Assembly (NCBI GenBank): GCA_965116925.1 | Contig: OZ220744.1 | Span: forward strand, 4,992,001-5,056,000 | DNA: 64,000 nucleotides | Direction of reading: 5' to 3' | DNA from: Candidatus Poribacteria bacterium | Lineage (GTDB): Bacteria; Poribacteria; WGA-4E; PCPOR2b | Shown: piece by piece, positions 8,885 to 18,513 of the stretch | Numbering within the stretch: position 1 is the stretch's first letter | Layout: every line of letters begins with the position of its first letter | Program-made: the position numbers and the translations under genes | The notes under the pieces: model-generated | Told to the model about the DNA's origin: nothing | Databases searched by the model: none | The model's input: only the letters and a program-made list of their open reading frames with translations

Positions 8885-9889
8885 TTAAGGGATGCGAGGG
8901 ATTGGATAGCTACCAATCCCCCGGTGATGGTGTAAGTTAGACTTAATCTCCCCCCAACGCGTTGGAACCAGTCCCTGCGGTGCAACCGGCAACCGTGGAT
9001 CCCATTCGTGAGGAGCAAAATCGGTAGCAGGACTATCCGTCAATTGTATCAACTCGTGTGTATCGAGCCGGAAACGGTAAATATCCCAATTCCCAATTTT
9101 ACCCGTTATAATGATAGATTTTCCGTCCGCGCCCCACCCGTGACCATCGGCAGCCAATAGGCGACCGGGAGGCAAAACCACCGGCTCAAACTTAATCACT
9201 TCACGATTTGACAAATGAAGTGTCGCAATGACCATAGAATACTCAAAAGCGACATCAGCAGCAAGTGGTTTCGTGATGACCGTATACAGAATCTTTTTCC
9301 CATCCGGCGACCACCCGCCCAGACGCATCGTCGAGCGGGGTACCGTTTTTGACACCTGCCATCGGTTCGTGCCATCTGCATCAATAACAAAGACCTCCCG
9401 GTTCCCGCCTAGAACCCCCTCAAAGGCAATCCGTTCGCCATCGGGTGACCACCTCAGTTTTGCGATAAATTCCGCCTGCGTTACCAACCGGAGGTTATTT
9501 CCATCCAGGTCCATTGTATAAATGCTAGTAATATCCGCACCATCTCGTCCACTACGAAACGCAATTCGTGTTCCGTCGGGGTACCAGTGGGGATAAGCAT
9601 CCAAAGCGAGATGATGGGTCAATCTCCGTTGATTGCTCCCATCGGCATCCATTACATAGACCTCCCAGTTTCCATCCCGATTGCTATCGAACGCAATCTG
9701 TTGACCGTTGGGAGACCAGGTAGGCCAACCATCGCCACCTTCATTGAACGTGAGCCAAGTTTGGTGACTACCATCTGAGTTCATCGTGTAGATTTGAGCG
9801 TTTCCATCCCGCTTAGAATAAAATACAATTTTGCCCCAAAGGGGACTCGTGGCAAGCCATAAGCAAGCCACGAGAGTGAATAGTCTCAA
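8885..9889 (-). CDS. Secreted TolB-like (PD40 repeat) beta-propeller protein
   Basis: Signal peptide, repeated WSPDG..IAF.S.RDG..IY.MD.DG.N units, AGGAGG RBS before TTG, C-terminal VAPQGLVPTRWGEIKS. Confidence 0.88.
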   Translation of the reverse strand: MRLFTLVACLWLATSPLWGKIVFYSKRDGNAQIYTMNSDGSHQTWLTFNEGGDGWPTWSPNGQQIAFDSNRDGNWEVYVMDADGSNQRRLTHHLALDAYPHWYPDGTRIAFRSGRDGADITSIYTMDLDGNNLRLVTQAEFIAKLRWSPDGERIAFEGVLGGNREVFVIDADGTNRWQVSKTVPRSTMRLGGWSPDGKKILYTVITKPLAADVAFEYSMVIATLHLSNREVIKFEPVVLPPGRLLAADGHGWGADGKSIIITGKIGNWDIYRFRLDTHELIQLTDSPATDFAPHEWDPRLPVAPQGLVPTRWGEIKSNLHHHRGIGSYPIPRIP

Positions 9890-9902
9890 GTTTACACCTC
9901 CT

Positions 9903-10214
9903 TTATAATACCCTAAATTCTATAGACTTGATACTGCGCTTATTTTTTCTCGGCTTACCTTCCGGGGGCTTTGTGAGTTCGGTACTACCCCGGTACATCG
10001 TGACCTCCGTATACGCCGTGATACGGTAAGTGCCTGCACCAGGCAAGTCAACACTTGAGTATCCTTGCTTAGTCAACTGTTGATCCCCGTGCCTTCTTGT
10101 TGCAAACCTAAAAGTTCGGAAAGTCGTATCGTGCAGGGGGACGTCAAGAGTATCACCGGTTACTACATGGCTCCACTCCCAATCGCCATTGATTCCATTA
10201 CATAAGCCAATGAC
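9903..10214 (-). pseudogene. Start-less 103-codon open frame, probable 3' gene remnant upstream of the TolB-like gene
   Basis: Hand translation VIGLCNGINGDWEWSHVV...SIEFRVL*; its stop abuts the TolB-like RBS; no start codon near the 5' end. Confidence 0.4.
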
Positions 10215-10444
10215 TTAAATGAGGGATTACACAGTTAAAACTTCGGACGAAAAACGTCACCCCAAAGTTGATTTCTAAGTTTAATCGGTGTTGCTGTGTT
10301 TGCTATACACATAAGGATTATCGTTTTATGCTTCTCTTTTTTTATACCTTCGCGGTCAGTTTAAAATAAAGGCCCGTATTGCGTCTCATTATACCGAAAC
10401 GTCGTAATCGTCTCAAGCAACAAAGGGATCCGCATGAAAATCAT

Positions 10445-10473
10445 TGATGTTCGGGCAACTTTTTGGTAAACTT
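10445..10473 (+). promoter_or_regulatory. Sigma70-type promoter
   Basis: TTGATG-17 nt-TAAACT with TG extension upstream of the cupin/TPR genes. Confidence 0.5.
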
Positions 10474-10535
10474 AGGGGTGGATTCATATAGAACAAAGTG
10501 GTGACTTCTGAATTACCCTAATATGGAGGTTGACA

Positions 10536-10856
10536 ATGCAATGGATTTCTCGCTGGCTCAAACCCGGCGAAACTGCCGATATTGATGCGTTGGAGAGTCA
10601 GTTACATTCGGAAGGTTTTGGTGCGTATCAGTGGAAAGGAACGCCCGGTGCCGCCTATCTGGACTATATCCACACACAGGAGGAGGTAGTCTGCGTGTTG
10701 TCGGGCAGAGCCGATGTATCGGTAGGAGATGAGCGTAGACAAATCCAAACTGGGGATCGCGTGGATGTGCCAGCTAATACTTATCACTCCATTACGGTGA
10801 CGAGCGAGGAACCACTAATTGTGCTAACTGGTATGCGTCATCAACATGAAACGTAA
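10536..10856 (+). CDS. Cupin domain protein
   Basis: HTQEEVVCVLSG and GDRVDVPANTYH motifs; GGAGG RBS. Confidence 0.82.
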   Translation: MQWISRWLKPGETADIDALESQLHSEGFGAYQWKGTPGAAYLDYIHTQEEVVCVLSGRADVSVGDERRQIQTGDRVDVPANTYHSITVTSEEPLIVLTGMRHQHET

Positions 10857-10867
10857 GGAGAATAATC

Positions 10868-13585
10868 GTGGCAATTCGACATTTCAAGACAAGCATTTCT
10901 CTGATTGCGATCCTGTTATTGTTGAGCGGTTGTTCGATCTTCAGTCGAGGCCAATCCGGTGAAAAGGTAATTGTCGATCCGCTGATCGAACGAAACAAGG
11001 CATGGCGCGAACAGGTCGAGGCGGGAAATCTGGCACTCCAAGATGGGGACTTGACGGGTGCCCTCGAAGCCTACCAAGCCGCACTGACGATCAAACCGAG
11101 GACTAGTCAGATTCAATTCCAGATCGCCAAGCTGTACTTCCAACAGGAGGCGTACGAAAAAGCGAGGGACGCCTTCGCCGCCACAGTAACGCTTGATCCC
11201 AAGAATATGGATGCGCGCAATTCTTTGGGCTACATCTATGAGCAACTGAACAACTATGAAGCTGCAGCACAGGTTTACGAGGATACTGTGAATGTTGAGC
11301 CGCATAACCTGTACGCCCTCAACCATCTCGGTTTGGCTTACAAGCAACTGGGTAGACTCGACGATGCTGAACGGATTTTACGAAAAGCGGTGGAGATTGA
11401 TCCAAAATCTGCACGACCTGACAGCAAGAATCTGCGTAACTATCTCGCCTTGATTTACTTAGAAAAAGGGGATATCGGTGAAGCCATCGCCGAATTTAGG
11501 GAGTCGATCCGGCTTTTCCCGAAAGATATCTGGTCCCGTCAAAACCTTGCTTCTCTCTACGAAGCGCATGGACGTTACTACGAAGCGCAGCTCCAGTACA
11601 ATAAAATTCTGGAGATAGATCCGCAGAATCTCCTCGCTCCGACACGCCTCCAAGCACTTGCACAGTTAGACCGATCTATCTCAGTATCTATTGAAATTCC
11701 GCCTGTGGATCTCATCGACATTGACATTGAAGCGGTCATCGCTGCCGCCCCTGATGCGGCGGATTACCCTGATGCTGATGCAATCATCCTGCTCAACCAG
11801 TTTAGTCACGAAGTCACCCCGTCGGGTAAATCCCGCTACACTACCCATCAGGTGGTCAAGATTCTGACGGAGAGAGGGGTGCAGAACTATGATGACATCG
11901 CTATCCCGCACACCCCCAAGGCACAATATATCACCGCCAACGTCGCGCGGACCATCACCCCCGATGGTTCCATTATTGAGCCGCCGGAGGAGGCGTTCAA
12001 CGATGTGACACCGCCGGGACTGCTCTCCTACAACCTCTATTCCGATTCGATGTGGCGAGTTATCTCAATGCCCGCCCTCAAACCGGGGGTATGTATTGAG
12101 TATCAGGTTACGCTTGAAGATGCAGGAGCGGAGTCGGTTGGGAGCACCTCGTGGTTTTGGGGTGGCTACAGTTTTCAATCTACAGATCCAACCCTGCAAT
12201 CCGCCTATGCCTTGCGTGTACCCAAAGGGACAGACTTCAAGTGGAAGGCGATTCATTGCCAACTTAATCCTCAGATACTACACGAAGAGGAAAGCAGCAC
12301 ATATCTCTGGACCTACGGCGAAACACCCGCGCTCAAGACGGAGTACAATATGCCGGCGACCAACGATATTGTGCCACGTTTGAGTTATTCATCTGTAGAA
12401 TCTTGGGAAGCCGTTTACAATTGGTACAAAGATATCGCAAAGGACCGATACACCGTTGATCAGGCGATTGAGGAAAAGGTCGAGGCACTCACCGCAGATC
12501 TTCTCACAGAGGACGACAAAATTCGAGCAATATACCACTTTGTGGCATCACGGATTCGCTATGTGGGGATTGAACTGGGGCAAGGTGCGTATCAGCCCAC
12601 GCCCGCGGATCAGGTGATCAGTGTCCTATACGGCGATTGTAAAGACAAAACCACCTTGATGATTGCGATGCTTGATCTGGTCGGTATTGAGGCGTTTCCG
12701 GTGATGCTAAATCCTGCGCCGTATCAACACATCGATCTTGAACTCCCATCGCTCGGACAGTTTAGCCATCTGATTGGTGCGGTTCCACGTGACGACGGCA
12801 ACTATATTTGGCTCGATCCGACTGCCGATACCTGCAGCTATGGCGATCTCCCCGCACGGAATAGGGGGCGCACAGGGTTTATCATCCGAAGCGAGCGGGG
12901 CGAGTTTGTTGATATTCCTATCTCTACACCGGAATCCAATCAGTTAATCATTGACACAACAATCGCACTAACAGAAGATGGGACGGTTCAGGGGACCATG
13001 CGGGTTGATACCCTTGGGCAATACAATATCGAAGCGCGGTTGGAGTACAAGCAGCTGTCGCCGAGTGTGTGGAAGGATACCCTTGCTGTTGGGCTTAGTA
13101 AGCAATTTCCAGGCGTCCAAATTGATGCGGTGCAGATTTCCGATTTGGAGGATCTCAACGTACCGGTACAGCTCAAGGTTGCTCTTACCGCCGAGAATTA
13201 CGCTGAGCCAATCGATAATCGCTTGGTGTTTCCGTTGCCAAGCGATGAGTTTTCAGACTATGCGGAGATTTTTGCAGCGGTTGAACGTCAACATCCACTC
13301 GATCTAAGTTACCCAATGCAGATGAAGAAAACAATCCGGATTGCGCTGCCGGAGGGGTGGACGGCAGCCTTCCCGCAAGATGTGCGTCTGGAAAATCGCT
13401 TTGCTAGGATGGAACGACAGTATAAACTGGAAGGAAATCAGATTCATTATGAAATCAATTTCACTATCAAGGAGTCAATTATTCCACCCGAAGACTATCC
13501 CGCAGCGAAACGTTTTTTCGATATACTAGTGCGGGAGGATCGAACGCAACTCATCTTGGAGAAACGCCCCAAACCTAAAACGTAA
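10868..13585 (+). CDS. TPR + DUF3857 + transglutaminase-like lipoprotein
   Basis: LSGC lipobox, tandem TPRs, IRYVGIELG, GDCKDK catalytic Cys, FSH and WLD triad residues. Confidence 0.88.
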   Translation: MAIRHFKTSISLIAILLLLSGCSIFSRGQSGEKVIVDPLIERNKAWREQVEAGNLALQDGDLTGALEAYQAALTIKPRTSQIQFQIAKLYFQQEAYEKARDAFAATVTLDPKNMDARNSLGYIYEQLNNYEAAAQVYEDTVNVEPHNLYALNHLGLAYKQLGRLDDAERILRKAVEIDPKSARPDSKNLRNYLALIYLEKGDIGEAIAEFRESIRLFPKDIWSRQNLASLYEAHGRYYEAQLQYNKILEIDPQNLLAPTRLQALAQLDRSISVSIEIPPVDLIDIDIEAVIAAAPDAADYPDADAIILLNQFSHEVTPSGKSRYTTHQVVKILTERGVQNYDDIAIPHTPKAQYITANVARTITPDGSIIEPPEEAFNDVTPPGLLSYNLYSDSMWRVISMPALKPGVCIEYQVTLEDAGAESVGSTSWFWGGYSFQSTDPTLQSAYALRVPKGTDFKWKAIHCQLNPQILHEEESSTYLWTYGETPALKTEYNMPATNDIVPRLSYSSVESWEAVYNWYKDIAKDRYTVDQAIEEKVEALTADLLTEDDKIRAIYHFVASRIRYVGIELGQGAYQPTPADQVISVLYGDCKDKTTLMIAMLDLVGIEAFPVMLNPAPYQHIDLELPSLGQFSHLIGAVPRDDGNYIWLDPTADTCSYGDLPARNRGRTGFIIRSERGEFVDIPISTPESNQLIIDTTIALTEDGTVQGTMRVDTLGQYNIEARLEYKQLSPSVWKDTLAVGLSKQFPGVQIDAVQISDLEDLNVPVQLKVALTAENYAEPIDNRLVFPLPSDEFSDYAEIFAAVERQHPLDLSYPMQMKKTIRIALPEGWTAAFPQDVRLENRFARMERQYKLEGNQIHYEINFTIKESIIPPEDYPAAKRFFDILVREDRTQLILEKRPKPKT

Positions 13586-13607
13586 ACAACAAAATGGAGA
13601 TTTCATA

Positions 13608-13997
13608 ATGAACACATCATTTAAACGACCCTACAGACCTGTAGATCTAAACGAACCGATGACTAAGGCGTTTCCGCTTATGTCAATGTCTGAAAAGCTG
13701 ATGGCTGAAGCGAACTCTGCCACGTCAGGACGTGCCTCATTAACGCTGGCTCACGGGGAGGAAATGACCCTCGTGCTGGTTGCCCTCAAAGCGGGTACTA
13801 CACTTGAAGAGCATCAAGCACCTGCCGCCGCCACCGTTATTACGCTTAGTGGAGACATCATATTTACAACAAGTGCTGAGAAGATCACGTTGGAACAGGG
13901 TGAGGCGGTTACCTTCACGGCGGACAGCCTACACGCTGTCTATGCCGCCGAAGATAGTGCATTCCTTATCGTTATTGGCGGGACAGGTACTGATTGA
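13608..13997 (+). CDS. Cupin domain protein
   Basis: LKAGTTLEEHQAP and LHAVYAAEDSAFL. Confidence 0.82.
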   Translation: MNTSFKRPYRPVDLNEPMTKAFPLMSMSEKLMAEANSATSGRASLTLAHGEEMTLVLVALKAGTTLEEHQAPAAATVITLSGDIIFTTSAEKITLEQGEAVTFTADSLHAVYAAEDSAFLIVIGGTGTD

Positions 13998-14040
13998 GAG
14001 ACAGAAAAACAGCGAATTGCACAAAGAAAGGATACCCTTT

Positions 14041-14763
14041 ATGACGACAAAAGATTGGAAATTTTTAGCCGAACAGTTAGATAGAGAACTCGGCTTGAAG
14101 CACACACCCATCGCTATCACATTTTCTAACGAAGCCCCTCAAGGTGTGTCTGCCCATGAGGGTGAGGTGCCAGCTCCGACGCCCGATGGTCGGAGCGGCA
14201 GGGTTTCGGCGGGATGCGTCTTTTGGAAGGAGGCTATCGATCAGACGTTTACGACGGTGCCGGAAGACCACTATAACTGTAGTGTTGGGAGTGTTACACA
14301 CGGCTTAAAAACGTTGGAAGAGGTCATGAATAACGCGGATGTCGGTGCCATTGTGGAAGTGGGGTGGGTGTCTCCCGAAGAAGCGATGCAGCTTCCATTT
14401 GTAGCAGATCGTCCGAACTACATCACCTATGGTCCCTTAGCAGATACCCCCATTGACCCCGATGTGATACTTTTGCGGGTAAACGGTTTCCAAGCGATGG
14501 TTATCCATGACGGATTTAGCGATACGGTTTTCGTTGGTAAACCGCAATGCCACATCATCCCGATCTCGAAAGAGCAGGGAAAACTCGCTATTAGTACGGG
14601 GTGTATGTTGAGTAGAGTACGGACAGGGATGCCACCGGATGAAATGACATGTACAATTCCGTCGGAACGATTGGAAGAAGTTGTCGAAAAGTTGAAAGCT
14701 AGGCGGGAAGCAAATGCAGCGGTTGCGGCTTACGCCAATGAGGATATGCGTCGATTCGCCTAA
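14041..14763 (+). CDS. DUF169 family protein
   Basis: PIAITF, AGCVFW, CSVG, PDVILL, PQC, TGCMLSR; Cys pattern of DUF169; start reassigned from 13780. Confidence 0.75.
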   Translation: MTTKDWKFLAEQLDRELGLKHTPIAITFSNEAPQGVSAHEGEVPAPTPDGRSGRVSAGCVFWKEAIDQTFTTVPEDHYNCSVGSVTHGLKTLEEVMNNADVGAIVEVGWVSPEEAMQLPFVADRPNYITYGPLADTPIDPDVILLRVNGFQAMVIHDGFSDTVFVGKPQCHIIPISKEQGKLAISTGCMLSRVRTGMPPDEMTCTIPSERLEEVVEKLKARREANAAVAAYANEDMRRFA

Positions 14764-14768
14764 TCCCG

Positions 14769-15812
14769 CTAAACGGGAACCCCAACACTTTGAGCAGTCT
14801 CAACGAGACGTTCCCATGTTGTGTCATCGAGTGGGATGCCCTCTGCCAAACGGTGTTGGCGGGTATGCGCGGAGCGTTCACCGGGGATCGAAATTTCATC
14901 GAAACCGGGGGCGGTTGAGGAGGCTTTAACGAAATCTATCATCTGTGAAACGTGCGCTTCAAAATCCACAATCTCTGTGAATTTCTCAATGTCGATGACG
15001 ATGATAAGGAAAGCGTTACCGACACCGGGCGATGATGACCGACTGCAACCGGCTTCGCACATCGCGCCGGCGAGAATATCCGTCAACATGCTTAGTCCAT
15101 AACCTTTGTGACCTGCGATGTCACCGAATGGGAGTAAGGCACCTTGCGGATGTTCGAGGTATGCGTTGGGATCGGTGCTTGGGGCCCCATCAGCGTCGAG
15201 AATCCAACCTTCGGGCAACGGTTCGCCGCGACTGCGATACGCCCGAATTTTCCCACCGGCAACGATGCTGGTGGTGAGATCGATGACCATTGGGCTGTCC
15301 TTCCCTGTAGGGAGGGCACACGCAAAGGGATTGGTGCTGAGTCGCCGGTCGGTGCCGCCCCACGGTGCAACGCCGTGGTCCCCACCATGTCCGTTAAGAA
15401 ACAGCAAGCCGATCATCTTCGCTTCGGCTGCCATCATCACATAGTCGGCAAGCCGCCCAATGTGGTTGCAATTGTAGACATTTACTGTGCTGATGGTCTG
15501 TTCTCTCGCTTTTGCAATGGCGACCTCCATCGCTTGCGTGGCGATGAATTGCCCCAGTCCGTTATGCCCATCAATGGTCGCACTGGAGGGGGTTTCGCTG
15601 ACAATCTCAATCTCCACATCTGGATCGATTGCCTTATTCTGGATGCTCAGAACATATTGCGGTAGGCGCAAGACACCGTGTGAATCGTGTCCGGCAAGAT
15701 TGGACTCGATGAGCAGGTTCGCGATCGTTTGGGCTTTGTCTGCTTTGAGCCCTATGGCGGCAAAGATATTGATGCTGATGGTTCTGAGGTGGGCGGCGGG
15801 AATCAGAGGCAT
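14769..15812 (-). CDS. Ldh_2 (malate/L-lactate dehydrogenase-like) family oxidoreductase
   Basis: GHDSHGVLRL, NHIGRL, STNP, GHKGYGL, IPGE. Confidence 0.92.
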   Translation of the reverse strand: MPLIPAAHLRTISINIFAAIGLKADKAQTIANLLIESNLAGHDSHGVLRLPQYVLSIQNKAIDPDVEIEIVSETPSSATIDGHNGLGQFIATQAMEVAIAKAREQTISTVNVYNCNHIGRLADYVMMAAEAKMIGLLFLNGHGGDHGVAPWGGTDRRLSTNPFACALPTGKDSPMVIDLTTSIVAGGKIRAYRSRGEPLPEGWILDADGAPSTDPNAYLEHPQGALLPFGDIAGHKGYGLSMLTDILAGAMCEAGCSRSSSPGVGNAFLIIVIDIEKFTEIVDFEAHVSQMIDFVKASSTAPGFDEISIPGERSAHTRQHRLAEGIPLDDTTWERLVETAQSVGVPV

Positions 15813-16879
15813 TAGTTGATGGCTTCGTAGAAGAAATTCCGTTGTTTTGGAACGAACCCTAACTCAGAGATTGTGCGCTCAATTTCTTCGATGGGCATAC
15901 AGTAGACCGTTCCCGCCTTGCTGACGACGTTCTCTTCGATCATCGTACCACCCATATCGTTTGCTCCAAACTTGAGCGACATTTGACCGATTTTCGGTCC
16001 TTGGGTGACCCATGACGATTGGAAGTTATCAAAGTTGTCGAGCATCAGTCGAGAGATTGCAAGGGTCTTAAGATATTCAAAGCTGCCTGCGGGGGGGATA
16101 TGTTCAAGGCGCGTGTTCTTGGGTTGGAGTGACCAGCAGATAAAGGCTGTGAAGCCGCCTGTTTCGTCTTGCAGTTCACGCAGGCGGAGGAGATGCTCCA
16201 CACGCTCACCATAGCTTTCGACGTGCCCGTACATCATCGTTGCGCTCGAACGCAAGCCCACGTAGTGACCTTGCCGCATTACCTCTAACCACTCATCCGA
16301 TGTACATTTTTTCGGACTGATTTCGTCACGGGCGTGGTCGGTCAAGATCTCTGCGCCGCCGCCGGGAATGGAATCTAAGCCGGCATCGCGTAAACGGGTT
16401 AAGGTCTCTTTGAGGGAGAGTCGGTTGATTTTAGCGAACCAATCAAGTTCTGGTGGGGAGAAACCGTGAATATGGATTTTATAATTTGCTTTGATCCACT
16501 GGAGAAGGTCTTCGTACCAGTCAAGTTTCAGTTTGGGGTGTAGCCCACCCTGCATGAGGATAAGTACACCGCCGAGGTCAATTGTCTCTTGGATTTTATT
16601 TCCCAACTCCTCCTTGGACATCACATAAGCATCCGGATCGGTTTTGTGTCGGTAGAAGGCACAAAAATCGCAATCGACATAGCACCAGTTTGTGTAGTTG
16701 ATATTGCGATCAACGATATAGGTGATCTGTCCTTCTGGGTGCTTCCGTTGCCGAATTGCATCGGCAGCTGCGCCAATTGACAGGAGGTCATGACTTTTGA
16801 AAAGGGTCAACCCATCATCAAAATCTAGGCGTTCGCCGGCTAATATCTTCTCCAAAATCGGTTGAATGGTTGCATCCAT
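15812..16879 (-). CDS. mqnC: Cyclic dehypoxanthine futalosine synthase (radical SAM)
   Basis: DRNINYTNWCYVDCDFCAF, QGGLHP, PGGGAEIL, QSSWVTQG, GANDMGGTMIEENVV. Confidence 0.92.
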   Translation of the reverse strand: MDATIQPILEKILAGERLDFDDGLTLFKSHDLLSIGAAADAIRQRKHPEGQITYIVDRNINYTNWCYVDCDFCAFYRHKTDPDAYVMSKEELGNKIQETIDLGGVLILMQGGLHPKLKLDWYEDLLQWIKANYKIHIHGFSPPELDWFAKINRLSLKETLTRLRDAGLDSIPGGGAEILTDHARDEISPKKCTSDEWLEVMRQGHYVGLRSSATMMYGHVESYGERVEHLLRLRELQDETGGFTAFICWSLQPKNTRLEHIPPAGSFEYLKTLAISRLMLDNFDNFQSSWVTQGPKIGQMSLKFGANDMGGTMIEENVVSKAGTVYCMPIEEIERTISELGFVPKQRNFFYEAIN

Positions 16880-16995
16880 ATATCTTAATTTCCTCGTTTC
16901 GATGGAACGTGTTGTATTTGCGGGTTCTGATGATTATCAAAATAATTATATCACGATTGTCGGAAAGTGACAACCGAAAAACCCGATGGCTCCAG

Positions 16996-18501
16996 CTAGT
17001 TGCCTTTCCTGAATACGCCGCGTAGCGTTTGGATCAGGGTGCCTTCGGCAAGCCACTTTCCAGCAACGCGCCAAACGATGCTCGAAAACGTCGGATAAAC
17101 ATGGATGATCCCTGCCAGCTTCCTTAATGGGATACCGGCGTTCATTGCCAAAACAAACTCGTGGATAACCTCGCCCGCATTTGGTCCGACTAGGTGGACA
17201 CCTAAAATTTTGCCCTTCCAGCGGGTTGCAATAACCTTGATAAACCCTTTCGTTTCTCCTTCAGCGACCGCCCGATCGACATCGTGTAGATCCACCCTGA
17301 AAACATCGATCTTCCCATGTTTTTCACGCGCCTCTGCTTCGGTCAAACCGCACCGAGCAACCTCCGGATCGCAGAACGTGGTCCAAGGGACGACGGAATA
17401 ATTTATGGCACTAGAACCGGGGAAGAATATATTCCGGACAATCTGTGTCGCTTGAAACGCTGCCACATGCGTGAAGAGGTAATGCCCGACCACATCGCCG
17501 GCAGCGTAGATATTTTTGACAGTTGTTTGCAACTTATTGTTGACCTCAATCCCCTGTTTTCCAATCTTGACACCGATCTTCTCCAGTCCCAGCCCCTCGA
17601 TGTTCGGCTTCCGTCCCGCCGCAATCAGGAGCCGATCAACGACGATTTCGCTTTCATTTCCTGTATCTGCTGCTTTGAGTTGGACCCGATACTCCTTCGA
17701 TGGCGTGGTATTTTGCGGTTCCCAGACCGCTATATCCGGATTGAGCTCTTCGTTAAGTGGAGTTTTTATCTGTTCGACCCGAACAGGATTGGTATTTAAT
17801 AGGATTTCAATCCCATCTTCTTGAAGATAACTCAACATTTTCTCCGAGACTTCGGTGTCCTCTTTCGTTAAAATTCGATCGCTGCGTTGCACAATTGTCA
17901 CTTTCGCGCCCAGACGGTGAAATGCCTGTCCGAGTTCAATCCCGATGGGACCGGCGCCTATCACCAATAGCCTCTCAGGTAATTGATCCAATTCCCAAAT
18001 ATTTTCGCTGTCCAGATAATCACCCGAATCCATTCCAGGGATATCGGGTGCAGTTGGACGGGAGCCGGTTGTAATGACAAATTTTTTGCTCTTGAGCGTG
18101 AGGGTTTGGTCGTTCTCCGTATCTTGCACCACAAAAGTTGTCGGCGACTCGAAGTGCCCTTCCCCAAAGATAACATCTACACCCATTTCGCGGAATCGTT
18201 CAGGGTTATCATGCTCTTCCTCAATGATGTGTTGGGTGCTACGGACATACGCCATGACGCGCCCAAAATCTACCTGACCGTCTTTCACAAGGAGGCCGTA
18301 TTTTTCAGCTTCTTTGATGTAATAGGCAATTTTTGCTGACTTTAGGAGGGCTTTCGATGGAACACACCCTGTCCAGAGGCAATCGCCTCCCAGTCGATGC
18401 TTCTCGACGAGGGCTGTTTTGGCCCCTAGCTTTGCACCTGCCACCGCGAGGACAAGTCCTGCGCTTCCGCCACCGATGATGGTTAGATCATATTCGTTCA
18501 T
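16996..18501 (-). CDS. Pyridine nucleotide-disulfide oxidoreductase (MerA/LpdA-like, no C-terminal Cys pair)
   Basis: IIGGGSAG, GGDCLWTGCVPSK redox disulfide, GAGPIG, GDV, HVYPT. Confidence 0.9.
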   Translation of the reverse strand: MNEYDLTIIGGGSAGLVLAVAGAKLGAKTALVEKHRLGGDCLWTGCVPSKALLKSAKIAYYIKEAEKYGLLVKDGQVDFGRVMAYVRSTQHIIEEEHDNPERFREMGVDVIFGEGHFESPTTFVVQDTENDQTLTLKSKKFVITTGSRPTAPDIPGMDSGDYLDSENIWELDQLPERLLVIGAGPIGIELGQAFHRLGAKVTIVQRSDRILTKEDTEVSEKMLSYLQEDGIEILLNTNPVRVEQIKTPLNEELNPDIAVWEPQNTTPSKEYRVQLKAADTGNESEIVVDRLLIAAGRKPNIEGLGLEKIGVKIGKQGIEVNNKLQTTVKNIYAAGDVVGHYLFTHVAAFQATQIVRNIFFPGSSAINYSVVPWTTFCDPEVARCGLTEAEAREKHGKIDVFRVDLHDVDRAVAEGETKGFIKVIATRWKGKILGVHLVGPNAGEVIHEFVLAMNAGIPLRKLAGIIHVYPTFSSIVWRVAGKWLAEGTLIQTLRGVFRKGN

Positions 18502-18513
18502 TTGGGTCGCGCC

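Noticed and set aside
13780..14040. N-terminal extension of the DUF169 ORF
   Set aside because: Overlaps the cupin gene in another frame; ATG 14041 follows an AAGGA RBS
16996..18501. True mercuric reductase MerA
   Set aside because: No C-terminal Cys-Cys, no N-terminal HMA domain and no mer genes
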